A DNA stretch of 64,000 bases from Protoeuglena noctilucae. Its lineage: Eukaryota. The position numbers and the translations under genes were made by a program. Positions 49,893 through 63,623 of this stretch are shown here, piece after piece. Numbering within the stretch: position 1 is the first letter of the stretch; each line of letters starts with the position of its first letter. Location of the stretch: positions 1 to 64,000 of the forward strand of contig OY253670.1 of assembly GCA_958009085.1 (NCBI GenBank), given 5' to 3'. The notes under the pieces were generated by a model. It did not search any database and had not been told where the DNA came from. It saw only the letters and a program-made list of their open reading frames with translations.

Positions 49893-52800
49893 ATGGACCC
49901 AGTCGCAACGGCTGGGCCCCTGGGTGGCGCGGCAAGGCACTTCTCGCTCACGGACCAGCGTCCCCGCCAGCCGCTCGAGCCGGGGGACGGCCGCCGGCCC
50001 GCCATTCCCCCGGGCCCGCCCCCGCCCTCCGCGGACCGATTCGTGGAGCAGCGACCCCCCGGCGCCAACTACTCCCTCCAAGGCATCGCACCCGCCAACC
50101 GCGCCGGCCTCCCCACCGCACCCGCCCCCGGGCCCCATCCCCACCCGGGCCCTCCCCCTCCCCCCGGCCAGCACCGCACCCTCGTCGGAGGGCGCCCCTC
50201 TCCGCCGCGCCGGCACTCCTCCCCCTTCGGCGCCCGACCCTACCCCGGGCAGCGCCCCGTGTTCACGCGCGCCCCCACCCCCGGCCACCCCGGTCCCGGC
50301 CCCCACCGGCACCCTTCCCCCAGCCGCGTGCCGCCCCATTTTGCGTACGGTAGAGGGGGCTTTCCCCCTGGTCGTGGACACCCTCGCCCGCCTTTCCCAG
50401 GCAGAGGTGAGCGTCTGGCAGCTGTCACTGTGTCCAGTTGCCTCAGCTCTTGGCTGCCCCAGCCCTTTCTCGTCATAACCCATCGCTGGACCTGTTTCTA
50501 TGCTCTCATCTCATCCGCATCGCCCCTCTCCTCTGCCCGCAGGCTTCGTCCCCCCTGACCACGCATTCGCGACCCCCCGCACCAGCACGGGCACGAGCGT
50601 AGGAGGCAATCCCGTGCCCTTCTCCCCGCCGCTGCAAGCGAGGCCCGCCAGCCTGCACCCCGGCCGCCACTCCCCGCCCAACCTCGCCCCCGCCGCGCCC
50701 CCCTCGCACCAGCGCTCCGCCAGCGTGGGCCGCCCAGTGCGATCCTCCCACCTGGACGCATTCGACCTGCTGCTCCAGAGCGCCACCAAGACAGCGCCCG
50801 CCGCATCCGACGCCCTGGCTGCAGCATCGCCCCACGACACAGCCGGCAGTGACGCACGCTTCCTCCCGTCCCCTCCGCCTGCGCGCCCGTCCCCGGCCTT
50901 CACGGACGCTCCCGGTCTGAGCCCCGGCGTCCGCGCGGCCCTCCCCGCCCGCGACACCCGCGTCTCCGCCTCCACCAGCGCGGCCGCACCGGCCCTGGAC
51001 CTGTCGCCCGAGCGGCCGGAGAGACCAGACCCGCGTGTCGCATCGCAGGCGGACTCACAGCACCGCACCCGCCTCGCAGAGCTCCTCGACGAAATCGACG
51101 CAGAGGCACCCGCCCCCGCCGCCCCCGCCCTGGGTGCCGACAGCGTGCCCCTGGCGCCCGGCCGCGCCGTGGCGGACCCCGCGCCCCGCGTGGCAGCCTC
51201 GCGACCCTCCTGGGACAGCGCAACGCCCGTGGTGGGCGGCGAGCGCTCCCTCCCCCGCCCCGCGCCCCCCGGCACCCCTCCCCGGGAGGACCTGGGCGGC
51301 CGCGTGGCCCAGGGCATCGCGTCCCTCAGTCAGCGCATCGGAGCCATGGAGGCGAGGGGCGCAGGGTCCCTGTCCCCGGTGTCCCCGGGGGGCATCCCGG
51401 GAGGACAGCCGGCCAGGCCCATTGGGTCCCCCATGCCCGGCTCCCTCACCCTCGGATCCCCACTCCGGCACACCGTCAGGTGTGATGGCCCAGCGCTGCA
51501 GTCTCACAGTCGCAGTCGAGCTGCACAGGCCGCACTGTGACATGCCGGGAGCTTTGCAAGTCGATTAGCTTCCTTTTGCTGCCGCTGGCTGTGACTGTGA
51601 CGCATCGCACAACTGACGCGCTCCCCACCCCCGCCCCCCCCGCAGCCCCCCCGGCGCCCTGTCTCGCCCGGGCGTCCCCCCGGAGTCCTTCTTCGCCGAC
51701 GCCCCTCCCCCGCCGCTCCCCAGGGACGTGGCCATCACGGCAGGGTACGCCCCCAGCCACCCCCACCCCTCGGGGGGCCACGCCGCTCGCAACGTGTCCC
51801 GGCCCAGGTGAGCGAGGATGCGCATGGCTGCTTGCATTGCATAGTATGGTTGCTGTGGTGTTGTTCTGCATAGGAGCCATGCAGTTGCCCATCCCTGCGT
51901 GCTGCATAGACCAGCACGCATCGCCTGCTGGTCACGACACCTCTCACTGCCGACCATCGCTGACACAGCTCCCCCCCCTCGTCCCCAGGCCCAACGGCGA
52001 GATCGTCTCCACTTTGGGCACCGAGACGCTCCCCGGCACCATCGGTGCGGACCTGATGGCCATGCTGGAGCGCAAGCTGCTCTGCGACGTGGTACTCGTG
52101 GTGGTGGACCGGTGAGGGGGTGGAGTGGGGGTGACCTCGCACGGTGCGCGTGTGATGCAGCGATGCGACTGGTGAACACGCAGTTAGGGCAGGGCGGGTC
52201 ATGATGTCGCTCGCCCCGCCACTGCTGCTCACTCCGACTGTGCAAGCCAGCCACTGCCCCTTCCCCATCACTCTGCCACTCTCGGTCCCAGCTCTGTGCC
52301 CATGTCGTGCAGTCCGTCAGCCCCCCCACCTCTCCCCCGCAGCCGCACCCGCGAGGAGCGTGAGTTCCGCGCCCACAAGATCCTCCTGGCGGCCCGCTCC
52401 GACTACTTCCGCATGCTGTTCCTGGAGAACCAGGGGCGGGGCACCTTCGGCAGCCTCATCAAGACGTCCGTGGACCAGCTGGTGAGAGAGGGACAGGGAG
52501 AGGGAGAGGGAGAGGGAGAGGATGCCCATGCACACTCACTCGTCGTACCCCTGCGCTCTCCACTCTCTCCACCCCTCGCACTCCCTCCCCTCTCCTGCCC
52601 ACCCCAGCTGAGCGGCGGCATGACCCGCGTGCGCATGGAGCACGACCACGAGGCCATCGCCGAGGTCATCAGCTTCATCTACTCCGACACGTGCAAGCTC
52701 ACGTCGTCCAACGTCTGGAACCTCATGGAGGTGAGGAGTTGGGGACGCAGAGAGGCGATGATGGGCAGTGATGGAGTGTTTGATAGAGCATTGCTTATGG

Positions 52801-54687
52801 GTGTGTTCGATGGTGCTTGTGGGTGTGTTTGACGGTGCTTATGGGTGTGTTTGACAGTGCAAATGGGTGTGTTTGATGGTGACCATGGGTGCGTTTGACA
52901 GGGCCTAGTATGGGTATCTCCGACACCCTCCGCAAGTCTCGTCCATCTGACATTATCGGTGCTTCACCCCACGCCATGCCCTCCCTTCCCATCCCAGGCG
53001 GCGGAGGAGTTCTCCCTGCTGCACCTGCGCCGCGAGTGCTACCTCTTCATCCAGCAGAGCATCAACGAGTCCACGGCGTGCGAGTACCTGGGACACGCGG
53101 AGAAGGTCCGCAACACCACTTTGGCCGACTACTGCCGCGCCGTCATACGCGAGAGGTGAGAGGATGGATCACCACAAGGGGGGTTGTTTGAAAGGCACCC
53201 GTCGCACGTTCTCGCTGCCGGCACCGTCTGCGGCTGAGACAGCATAGCATAGTGTAGCACAGCTACTCGGTGTCTTGCCTCTCGCTCGCACCCACCGCCC
53301 TGCATCTCTCTCACCCACCCACCCCACCCCCCACCCCCAGGTTCCGCGCAGCGGCGCAGAGCCCCGGCTGGCTCCGCCTGGACGAGTCGACGATCGCCTC
53401 GCTCCTCTCCGACCGCAACCTCTGCGCCCCCGAGATCGTCGTCTTCCGTGGGGCGGTGCGGTGGTGCCGGGCCGACGCCTCCCGCGCCCCCTCAGGCCCC
53501 CGCGTGCTCTCCCTGGTGCGGTACCCCCTCATGTCCGAGCAGCAGCTGACCGGGGAGGTGGACGTGCAGGCGGAGGTGAAGGCGTCCCACGACCTCACCC
53601 GCCGCGTGCTGGACGCATTAAAGCAGAAGATTACCGCCACGGCGGAGGACATACGGCAGCTCAGGAGGCAGGCGAGGATCGGGGGGTGCAATCTATCTGT
53701 ATTGTGGTGGAAGAGGGTTGGGTATGGGGACAGACGCTGCATGGCCCCTTGCTACCAGGTGTCACGTGTCGCCTTCCGCCGTTGCGCTCCCCAGATGTGC
53801 ATGTCATCCCTGTGTGTCACCACCACCCTTCTCCCCTCTCTTCTCCCCAGGTCCTCTTTCCCGGTGTCATCTTCGACGTCCCCACCTCGGAGCTGCGGGA
53901 GGAGGGGTGGCGAGACCTGCACGCCCAGGCGTACGCGGACCCCATCGACAGCAACGTGCTGCAGACGGCAGCCACCTTCGAATTCGTGCTGCTGGGGGCC
54001 AGGAGGAGGGGGGCGGACCGACTGCAGGTGAAATGGAAAGGGTGGTGTGGCATGGCTGTTCCCCTGCCACCACTCTGGATCCAAAGCTGTGTGCATGTGA
54101 CCTCGCCCCGCACCGTCATGTGTGTCCCTCGCTCTGTCACCCACCTTACCCCATTCCCTCTCTCCTCTTTCCCCGTCCAGGTGTGCGCCATGGGCCGCTC
54201 GTCTGAGGCGTTCCGAGTGGCGGAAGTGATGCCGGGGCAAGTCGTGTCGGGGGTAGTGGGTGAGTGGTGCAAGGGGTGCTAGTGCTTGGCATGCCGAGGA
54301 GAGCCTGTTGCACTGCGTCTCTCCCTCTCAGCCACTGTGCCAGTCGTGATAGACTCTCCATGGTTACAAGTGACGACCGCATCGCTTCCCTCCCTTGCTC
54401 AGGAAATGGCGTGCACTTCCACTGCGTGTATCATCAGTCACTGTCCCCTCCCTTACACTCATGCAGAGAACGGCGTGCACTTCTACTACGTCCCCGGCCG
54501 CGTGCTGGGGTTCGCGGACGGCTCCGATGCGGTGCGTCTGACGGCGGACGTGGACGACGAGGTGGGGGAACACCGCCTGTGCTGGTCGCTGGTGCCGGGG
54601 AGGGGGGGGTGGAGGGCGGGGGAGGACCGCAACCTGGGGCAGAGCCGGGAGTACGAGAAGGTCATCATGGTGTGGCAGCAGCCGTGA
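49893..54687 (+). CDS. BTB/POZ-BACK protein with Pro-rich N-terminus and uncharacterised C-terminal domain
   Basis: BTB: LCDVVLVV...FRAHKILLAARSDYFRMLF...VISFIYSD...LME/AAEEFSLLHLRREC. BACK: WLRLDESTIASLLSDRNLCAPEIVVFRGAVRW...LSLVRYPLMS. Confidence 0.9.
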
Positions 54688-54907
54688 GCAGGAGAAGGTC
54701 ATTATGGTGCGGCAGCATTTGTGAATGGGAGATAGGTGCTCATAGCGTGGCGACAGCCGCGAGGGTCGCTTGGAGATATGCGATCGTGACTGCTCCCTCA
54801 GGCCATGCCATGAGTGAATCAGCCTCGGTGTCTTGATTGCCGCCCAGCCGCTTTGAACGGCAGCGCGCCATGCGAGTCTACTCCCGCCTGCGCCCATCCA
54901 TTAATCC

Positions 54908-56084
54908 CTACCCAAACGTGGGCCGTCCCCTCAGCGCCTCCGTGACTGCCACCAGCGCAAACGCCAGCATCGCCAGACGCCCATTGGCCGTCTCTGCGGC
55001 GGCTGAGAACGTACCCCCGCACCGTCGCCTCACGCGCCACGCCCCCGGAAGGCACGAGGCGGCCGCTACGCCCCACGTCACCCACGCGGCAGCCACAGGA
55101 CGGTCCATCAGGAGCTGCGGTGCGGTGCGGTGCTCGAGAAGCTCAGAGACCAGCAGGGCCGCCCACCCGGCCATGGCCACGCGGCCCACCACCACCTCTG
55201 GGACCTGAATTGGCAGAGGGCAGAGTTGCATACGTGCAGCAGGGACAGGCATGGGTGCGACGCTGGTGTGCTTGACATGGATCGTCATCGTCATGCATGC
55301 ACCATTGCCTCACCTCCATGGCGCGCATCCACCCGGGCACTGCCTCGGTTTCTGTCGATGCCTCCGTGGAGCTCAGCGACGATCCCTCTGCAGCAGCCAT
55401 GGCATCCGCGACACATGCGGCACGCTCCACCAACGCCTCTCCGACCTCATCCTCGGGAGCTACAGCACGCCCCTCCTGCCCCGGCTCCTCATGGCCCACA
55501 GTCCGCTCCTTCTGCTTCCCTGGCTCCTCCTGCCCCGGCCCCTGTGCTTTGGGTGGTTCCCTGGTTGGGTCCGACTCATCTGGGCCGTCCACCTCACCTG
55601 CCCCTGCCCCTGCCGTGAGACCCTGGGCGATGCGACGGTACTGCTCGGCCAGGGGAGGTACTGCGGGCATCTCCTCGCGCACGTGAGGCGGGGAGATGGG
55701 GGGCGCTGTGGGAGGGGGCTCGGGGACGCCTGGGACGGCCGGGGGAGGGTCGGGGACGCCCGGGTCCGGTGGGGCCACGTCGGGCGGGGTGGGAACGCCG
55801 GGTGGAGTGTCGGGGACGGTGCGCGGCGGAGGCTTTGGCGTTCCGGGCGGGAAATCCGGCACGCTGGGCGGGGGACGAGGGATGCCTGGGCCTGGCATGG
55901 GGCCCTGGCCTCTGCGAGGAGGATTCAATGGCCTCGTCAGCCTTGGGTGGATTCCAGTTGTCTGATTGCGGGTGATGGCCGCCGCGCTCGCCTTTCCTCG
56001 GCGCGCAAGGGCCGGCATCGCCCGCGCGAGGCGAAGCCCAGCGGGCTCCGCTGACAAAGCTGCGGCCAAGGACGCCAGGGTCAT
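54908..56084 (-). CDS. ELIP/LIL-like chlorophyll-binding protein with Pro-rich N-terminal extension
   Basis: Two LHC-type helices, PEVVVGRVAMAGW...SE and AETANGRLAMLAF...TE, with a hydrophobic segment between. Transit-peptide-like start and one intron (~55313-55206). Confidence 0.8.
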
Positions 56085-56536
56085 TGTGTGCTTCCCAAAG
56101 TTGCTCGGGATGACTAAGGCTCCACAGGAAAGGGTCCAGCGCGAGCCTCGGCTGCCCCTCGCCTGCGGACGCATCAGCATCGAGCCAACGACGTGGTGAG
56201 TTTTAGCAGACGACCTGTCGATAGAAAGGGTACAGATAGTGCCGCAAGGAAGCCGGATGGTTGAGCCCGACGCCAATCGCCGCTGGTTTTCGTCAGAAGA
56301 ATTGTTGCAGCACATAGGTCAGGCCTTCCAAAGCCGACTCAAAGAAGCTGTGGAAATGTGGAAATTACGCCACCTGGGATCCACCCATCGCGGCGCAAGG
56401 ACGCCGCGTCGGAGCGTGCTGGGGGAGAGCCTTCGCACCGAGTTGCCGCTGCGTGCAGACTGCTGCTCCCGTCTGGCGCTGGCGCTGCGCCATGTCGGGT
56501 GCGCCCGGCGGTCCGATCGCGCAGTCGGGGAGCGGG

Positions 56537-59500
56537 ATGCTGGCGGTGCGCGCGCGCCACGCCCTCCTGCGCTCGTCCGCTGCGTCCGCTGTGGGCAGGC
56601 GCCTCATCGCGGCCAGCGCGGCTCCAGGCGGCGATGAGGTCGCGGGCGGCGACGATCGGACCGATGATACTGTCCTGAGCGGGAGAATGGAATTGGGCCG
56701 GGCCTCGAGGCCCGCCAAGCCCGCCTTGCTTGCCTCGGAGTCCTCTCGCCGCGCGTCCGGGGCCGATGCGGCCCCGCGCAGGCTCTTCGCGAGGTCGATG
56801 AGCGCCAGTGCGCCGAGGAGTCTCGGCCCCATCCCGTCGCCGAGGACTCTGGGGCCCATTCCAGCGCCGACCCGAGTGCCCAGGGAAGCGCCCCCGCCGG
56901 CCGAGCCCGCCGAGCCCTCTGAGGCCCCGGCCGCTGCGGAAGAGGCGTCCGGAGCGAACTGGTTTGCGAATGGGTCTACCTACGAGATCCAGAATGCGGA
57001 TTTCCTGCAGAAGCTGAGGTGCGCTTTCACGCCATGGGTGCTGGCCCGTCCCCCGACGTCGCAGGCCCGCATCCGACTTTACAAACACCTTTTCTTCGCA
57101 GCGACGAGCAGATCAAGCCGGTGACGGCACCCATCGGCGCCATCATGGTGGAGGCTGGCCCAGGGTCGGGCAAGACGCGCGTCCTCACCACGCGCATCGC
57201 CTACCTGGTCCGCGAGCTGCACGTGCCGCCCATGGTGGGAGCAGAGCAGACACAGACGGTGGACAGAGCTGCCGCCTTTGCGTCTCGCCACGCACACCTC
57301 GCCATGCCCGGCAGCCCTGCCCAGCCAAGCCGCACTTCAGCAGCCCCTATCAGTGCCGCTTCCCTGGCCCCTGCAGATTATATTGGCGGTCAGCTTCACG
57401 AAGCGCGCCTCCCAGGAGCTCAAGACCCGCCTGGACTCTGTCCTGGGGTTCGTGGACAGCGGCGTGACACTGGGCACGTTCCATTCCGTGGCGCTGTACT
57501 TGCTGAGGATGCATGCGGCGTCATTCGCAGAACTCACGCCCCAAGACACGAACCCCGATGCTGCGGGGCGGTTCGTGGTGCTAGATGAGGACGACTCGCG
57601 GGTGAGCGGCGTGGGAGGGTGGCAGGGTGCCACGAAGGCTGTGTCGATGGCTTAGCTGAGCTGCGGGTTGCAGAGGCGCGCTCTCGCATGTGTGTACCTG
57701 CGCATGTGTGTACCTGCGCATGTGCGTACCTGTGCATGTGTGTGTGCCTGCGCATGTGTGCGCTTGTGCATGGTACGTGTATGTGCTTGAAAGTACCTTT
57801 GCTGGCATCCCCCAGGTTTTGATGCGCAAGGTGGTGATGGAGGAGCTGTCGGACATCCTCGATCGGAACGAGGCGGGGGAGCCCATGAAGCAAGTGAAGG
57901 GTGTGAAGTTGGCTGATTACGTCAAGACTTTGCAGGTGGGGCGACCATGGTTGTTGCTTCGAGGATTGATCGAGGATTGCGGTGTTGCCAGGCGTGGCCC
58001 ACGGCATCAGCGACAGCTTCGTCTTTTCGCAGAAACTCGTTTCTCGCACCAAGCAGTACGTGGGGGTGGTGTCACCGGGCCAGACATTCCGGGAGTCATA
58101 CGAGAGAGCACGCGAGGCGTCGATGGGTTCCAAGGTGAGGGCTTCTCTGCTGCCGATATGGCACAATGCTTCTGACTGCCACTTTGCGTCGTCATCGCAC
58201 AGCCCCGTCTCGACCCCATCCCAGTTGCGATTGCCAGATTACTGGGCAAACCTGATCGACAGTGAATACGAGCGCATATGGGAGGGATACCACCGCAGGA
58301 TGCGGGAGTCGAGGGTGAGCGCATAGGAGAAGGTACCATGACAACTGCGCATGGCCGCCCGTGGTGGATGCCATCCTCTACCCATGTGCTATGCAGATGG
58401 TCGACTTCGATGACATCATTGGTCTGACTGTGGAGATGCTGCGAAGGTACCCAACGCTGCGGGACAGGCTGCGGTTGAGGTACCCGCACGTGCTGGTGAG
58501 CCACGTGGCACGTGTGCGCCGACGGGGATGGGTTGCGTGCGATGGTGTAATATCACACACAGAGGTGAGATGACACGGCGTCTCCGTCGCCTGCCTTTCA
58601 GGTGGATGAGTTCCAGGACACCAACAGCCTCCAATACGCGCTCCTCAAGTGCCTGTGCCCCGTGGATGGCGCGTCGCTCTTTGTGGTGGGTGACGTGAAC
58701 CAGTCCATCTATGGCTGGCGTGGGGCAGACGTCAGCAACATGGAGACGCGCTTTATGGCGGATTTCAAGGGGGCCGAGGTATTCACCTTGCAGGACAACT
58801 ACCGGTGAGGTTGACGAGGGCAAGGGGTGCGACGAGGGCATGGGGGCGCTGCAGCATGTACGTGGCTGACACATTGACACGTCGCCCTCTGCACTCGCAT
58901 CGTACTGTGGGCTTTCATGGTGGCATGTGGCAACACTCTGTGCTGCCGATGGTGATTCGCTGGTTTATGTCGATGGTTGCGGACGAGCCTTCGTTGGGCA
59001 CTTCGACGCATGGCGTTTCCTGCACCTCTCTCCACGCAGTTCGTCCAACCCCGTGGTCCAAGTGGCCATGCACGTCATCAACAGCAAGCCGGAGGGGCTC
59101 AAAGAGGCAGAGGGGCGGCGGGAGGAGGAGCGGCGCACCGTGCTTCGCGCCGTCAACCAAGAGGTGCGTTTGTAGGGGTGGCGACCATGGGTACCTGCAA
59201 CAACGCCACTTGCCGCAGTGGAAGATCGCGCGCGTCTGCGTTGGCATGGCCACTCTCCAGAGGCGCATGCTGTGCCCACCCTCATCGCAATACCAACCCT
59301 TCCAACCTTTTGCCCGTCCACTGCAGGAGTCGGTTCCGGTGCATGTGCTGGGCCATACGAACAGGTGGCGGGAAATGGAATGGATCGCAAGGGCCGCAGG
59401 GGCCATGAGCCAAGCTCTGCAGCATCGAGGCAAGCATGCGGCTGGCACGTTGTTGTCTGTGGGTGGGACCCCGGTGGCCCTCCCGCCTTCGCTGGATGAC

Positions 59501-61556
59501 GTGGCGGTGCTGGCGCGCACCAATCGCACTCTGATGCACGTGGAGAGGGAGCTGTTGAGTTTGTCTGTGCCTTACGAGGTGGTTGGGGCTCTGCCGTTCT
59601 GGATGCGTGCGGAGGTGAAGGATGTGATGGCGTACCTGCGGGTGGCGGTGAATCCAAGGGACGAGGTGGCGCTGGAGAGGATCATCAACAAGCCCAGGAG
59701 GGGCCTGGGGAACAAGTCTCTGGAAAAGATGCAAGCGTGGGCCAAGGCGAGCGTGGCATGGGACGGAGTAGTAGATGGGGCATGGCAGGACTGCACGGTG
59801 TGGGATTGGTTGCTACTTTAACTGGTGAAAGCGCAGAGCATGTCGTTATTGCAGGAGACGCACGGGGCGGGGTCATTGTGCGCGGCATTGCTGCATGGGT
59901 GGGAGGAGGTGTTGGTAGATGAGGGCGTACAAGACGAGGTCAGGAGACACGTGCGGGAGGCGGCAGATTGTGACTCCAAGTGGTATGTGGCGCTGAGGGG
60001 GCTGTATGTGGAGTTGCGGGGGCAGGGGCGGCTGGGACCAACAGCCAAGGGCGGCGCCGTGGGGGGCGCGGCGAAGGTGCTGTCCAAGGCGAGTGCGGGT
60101 GTGGGGTGGCAGTGCACATGGCTGGGAACGGCAGGGTGCAGGGCGGGGGGCAGGCGTGGCGTTGGTTGCCGCCACTGGCTGCCTGTTGCTGCACATTGCT
60201 GCCCATCTGTCGCTGCCTTTCGCGAAGCCCAGCGCCCCGTGCCATTCTTGCAGAAGCAGCAGGAGGCGGTTGAGGGTCTGCGCGCGCGCCTGTTCGCGTG
60301 GATGGCGTATCTGCGGACCTTGCGTGTGCGGTTGCCCGCGGGTGGGGATGGATCGGACGACGAGGGTCCGGTGCCGGCCAAGTCTGCCGCGGGTGCCGTG
60401 GGGTGAGGGCGGGAAGGCGGTGGGCGTGATGGGCGGTTGGCCCCGTTGATGAGGCGTTGCGTCACTGACGATCTGCTGAGTCGCATGCAAAGTGATGCCA
60501 TAGATACAAGTTGCTATGGTGTGCTACAGGGACTTCGTGCGTGCGGTGATTGACGACGCGGATTACCTCGATGCGCTGGACGAGGGTTTGCTTGACGGGG
60601 AAGACGACGATAACGATTCATGGGAGCAAGCGAGGCGGGGTGCGGGGAAGGGCAGGGAGCAGTCATCGAGAGAAAAGGTGGAAAGGCGCCAGGAGAACGT
60701 GATCATGCTCGGGGGCTTCCTGGGGGCGAGCGCCCGGGTGAGGTGGCGGTTGGCGGGTCCCACAGCGGCGCCAAGATGCTTGGAGGGGCGAGGTTAGGGC
60801 TTGGGTGGTCGATTGGCTGGATGTTGTGCATCTTAACTCCATCTGCAGGAGGTGATTCAGCAGAGGGAGGGTTCGGAGATGGCCCTGGTGGACCTCCTGT
60901 CGGGGGTGATGCAGGTGGCGCTGGTGGAAGTGGACGCGACGGACAAGCTGGCGGAGGTGCAGGGAGAGGGCAGGTGCGTGGGGTGGCATGGCACATGTGC
61001 TCAGAGCCGATTTGCGTGAGGGTGGCACAGACACATGCACTGCATCCACCCCATTCCTTCTCCCAGGGTGAAGCTGATGACCATCCACACGGCCAAGGGC
61101 ACCGAGTTCCACACCGTCATGATGGTCCGGTGCGAGGACGGGGTGTACCCCCGCGGCGAGGGCTTTTTCGTGAAGGACCCAACAAGCACAGCTGACCCGG
61201 GGAACTCGCCGGAAGAAGACAAGCGGGTGCTGTATGTGGGAGCTACCAGGCGAGGGCAGGGGGAGTGGGCAGGGTGGGAATGAGGGTGCCACCATTGGTG
61301 GCGATGGTGGCATGGATGGCGAGGGTTGCGCGGGTCATGGTCTGCCAGCATGACCCCTCATCGCACCCATCCCCGTCCGCCCTCCTCTTCCAGGGCCAAG
61401 AGTCAGCTGTTCGTGCTCTACAACTACGAGGCCGCCAGATTTCTGCCGCCCGACGGTGCAAAAAAAAACACGACTGGCATCCACTTGGGGCTGTCGCCGT
61501 TCTTGATGGATGCCATTCGGGACAAGGCCCATGTCCGCCACTACAACTGCGCCTAG
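56537..61556 (+). CDS. UvrD/Rep/PcrA (Srs2-like) SF1 DNA helicase
   Basis: VEAGPGSGKTRVL, AVSFTKRASQELK, GTFHS, VDFDDII, VL/VDEFQDTN, VVGDVNQSIYGWRGA, LQDNYR/S, AVLARTN, LMTIHTAKGTEF and RVLYVGATR/AK. About 16 exons; start inferred. Confidence 0.96.
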
Positions 61557-61771
61557 GATGCGCCATTCAGCAAAATCGACGCCTTTTTCATACCGCGCAT
61601 GCATGCATTGAGCATTGTTTCATTTTGATGGCGGCGCCATTGTGCTTCACAACGCTTCACAAGACCTAACCCTACTTCCTACTCCTAGGAATCGTAACCG
61701 AGAGAATGAAGAGCGAACGAGAATGCATATGCCGATAAAGAAAAGACAATACATTTTGCTTAATGTGCCAG

Positions 61772-63207
61772 TCACCCCGCCCCTGTCCTGGCACGCTTGG
61801 CTGGCCTCTGCTCATGGCCCTCATCCTCATCAGAATCCGCCGTCAGATCCACGACCCAACCGGACCCCGACGCCCCAGCCTCGCGGACGCCAGGGCCATT
61901 CCCAGCCGCTGGCCCTCCCACACCGCCTCCCACACCACCCCCGGCACTCGCACCCGCACCCGCACTCACACCCGCACCCGCACTCACACCCGCACCCCTT
62001 GGCACCCCCACGACCTCCGCCTCATCGTCTGCGCCTATGGCCTCCAGGTCCCCCGGCCCCAGCTGCTTCCCTTGCACCTCTGCACGCCCCGACGGACACC
62101 ACCGGTCGTCCTGGGCCCTCCGCTGCGGGCAGGGAAGGCTGGCAATCACTGACCCTTACTTGTGGCACGACAACAGGGACCGAGTCTCACCACCATTACA
62201 CAAGTGTCGTCAAAGACCACTCTCTCTGGCATGCCCGCTCCCACCACCACCGCCACCCCAGCCCCTCACCTCCGCAGCCCTCCCCGCCGCCTGCGTGGGC
62301 GTCAACCCTCGCCGGCCCCCCACGTCGCCCCCCAGCTTGCGCGCACCCCCCCACGCCACCACAGCGCGCCTCTCAGCAGCGGCCAGCATCGCCTGACGCT
62401 TCAGATTCTCAGGAACGTGCTGTGGAGGGAGAACGGGCACTGTGTGGCACCGAGATGCCGCACATACACAGCATCGCACGTTCACCAACACCCTCCATCA
62501 TCTGCCACCCGCGCACCTTCCCACCCAGCCGCCCGGCGCTGGCGCCACCCCCGAAGCCATCCTCGGATTTCTTGAGGATTTCCCTTGCGATGTCCTGCTC
62601 GCACTCCGCGGTGTACTCGTCCAGCAGCCGGTAGAAGGCCGAGTCGTGAGGGCCATGCGTGTTGTGCACCAGCTCATGCAGCTGGGGGGAGGGTGACAAA
62701 GCGGGTGAGCACGGCAGCACTGCGCTCGTGCAGCGAAGGGTCAGGATGCGACACGGTACCATGCCAGCGGTGTGCGACTCAAGCAGCTGCGCAGGACACT
62801 GCAATTCCCATCGCCATGCTGCCAGTGCGCTGCCCCACCAGGGTGCCGATGATGGACTCCTGGGAGAGGAAATCCAGGAACCGCCCGGCGCGGCGGAGGC
62901 GCACGCGGATCTCCGCCCCTCCGTCCACGTTCAGGCCCAGCAGGTTTGGCTCGTGGGGATAGAACTCCTTCAGTACAGCTGCAGTGAGATGTCTCCGGCG
63001 CATCAAGGGCTGCGGGCGGGGCGAACTATGCTGCATCCGTGGCATCGGGGATTTGTGGCCATCGCCGCGCCGAATCGGCCCGTCGCGCACCTCAACGACG
63101 CGTGCAGCTGTCTTGAGAAGCATCTGAGCTGTCTCATCGTTGGCCTTTCCGAGCGTCTGGATCTCGCGGATGGGCGGGAGGTCGCGCAGCGTGTGGGTCC
63201 TCGCCAT
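61772..63207 (-). CDS. WSS1: WLM-domain (Wss1-like) DNA-dependent metalloprotease
   Basis: PLMRRR...LKEFYP...LLGLNVDGG.EIRVRLR...SIIGTL/LHELVHNTHGPHDSAFY.L (HExxH), AAAERR, RR.QDD.WC and a C-terminal SIM-like VVDLT.DSDED. Confidence 0.93.
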
Positions 63208-63623
63208 TCCCGAGGGTCCCTTATCCGACGACGGCGATGCAGGTAAGACAGGCGTATTCGTAAAACGAACTACGGGCAAGGCGCGCCGGCGATTGGACAA
63301 AGCAGGGCGTGGGCGAGCCAGAGTTCTAGTCTGGCGTGGCGCTTTGCAAGCCACGCTCTGTTTTCGACCCAATCCTCTGTCTTCAGGCACTACAGCATTT
63401 AGTTGTCGCCATCTGTAGCCAGGGGTGCACCAGGCGACCGCGCTGGAGGCGGAGAGCTACCTTGCGCGGAAGGAAGACGAATCGGTTTCAGGGAGCCCCT
63501 CGTGAGCTTGCGACGCTAAGACCATATTCAGAGGACGTCATTATCCTAATCCATGTAAAATCCATGCGCCAGCGTGGAAACGCTTGCTTAGAAACTCCCA
63601 ATCGTCGGCATCTCAAAATTCGC

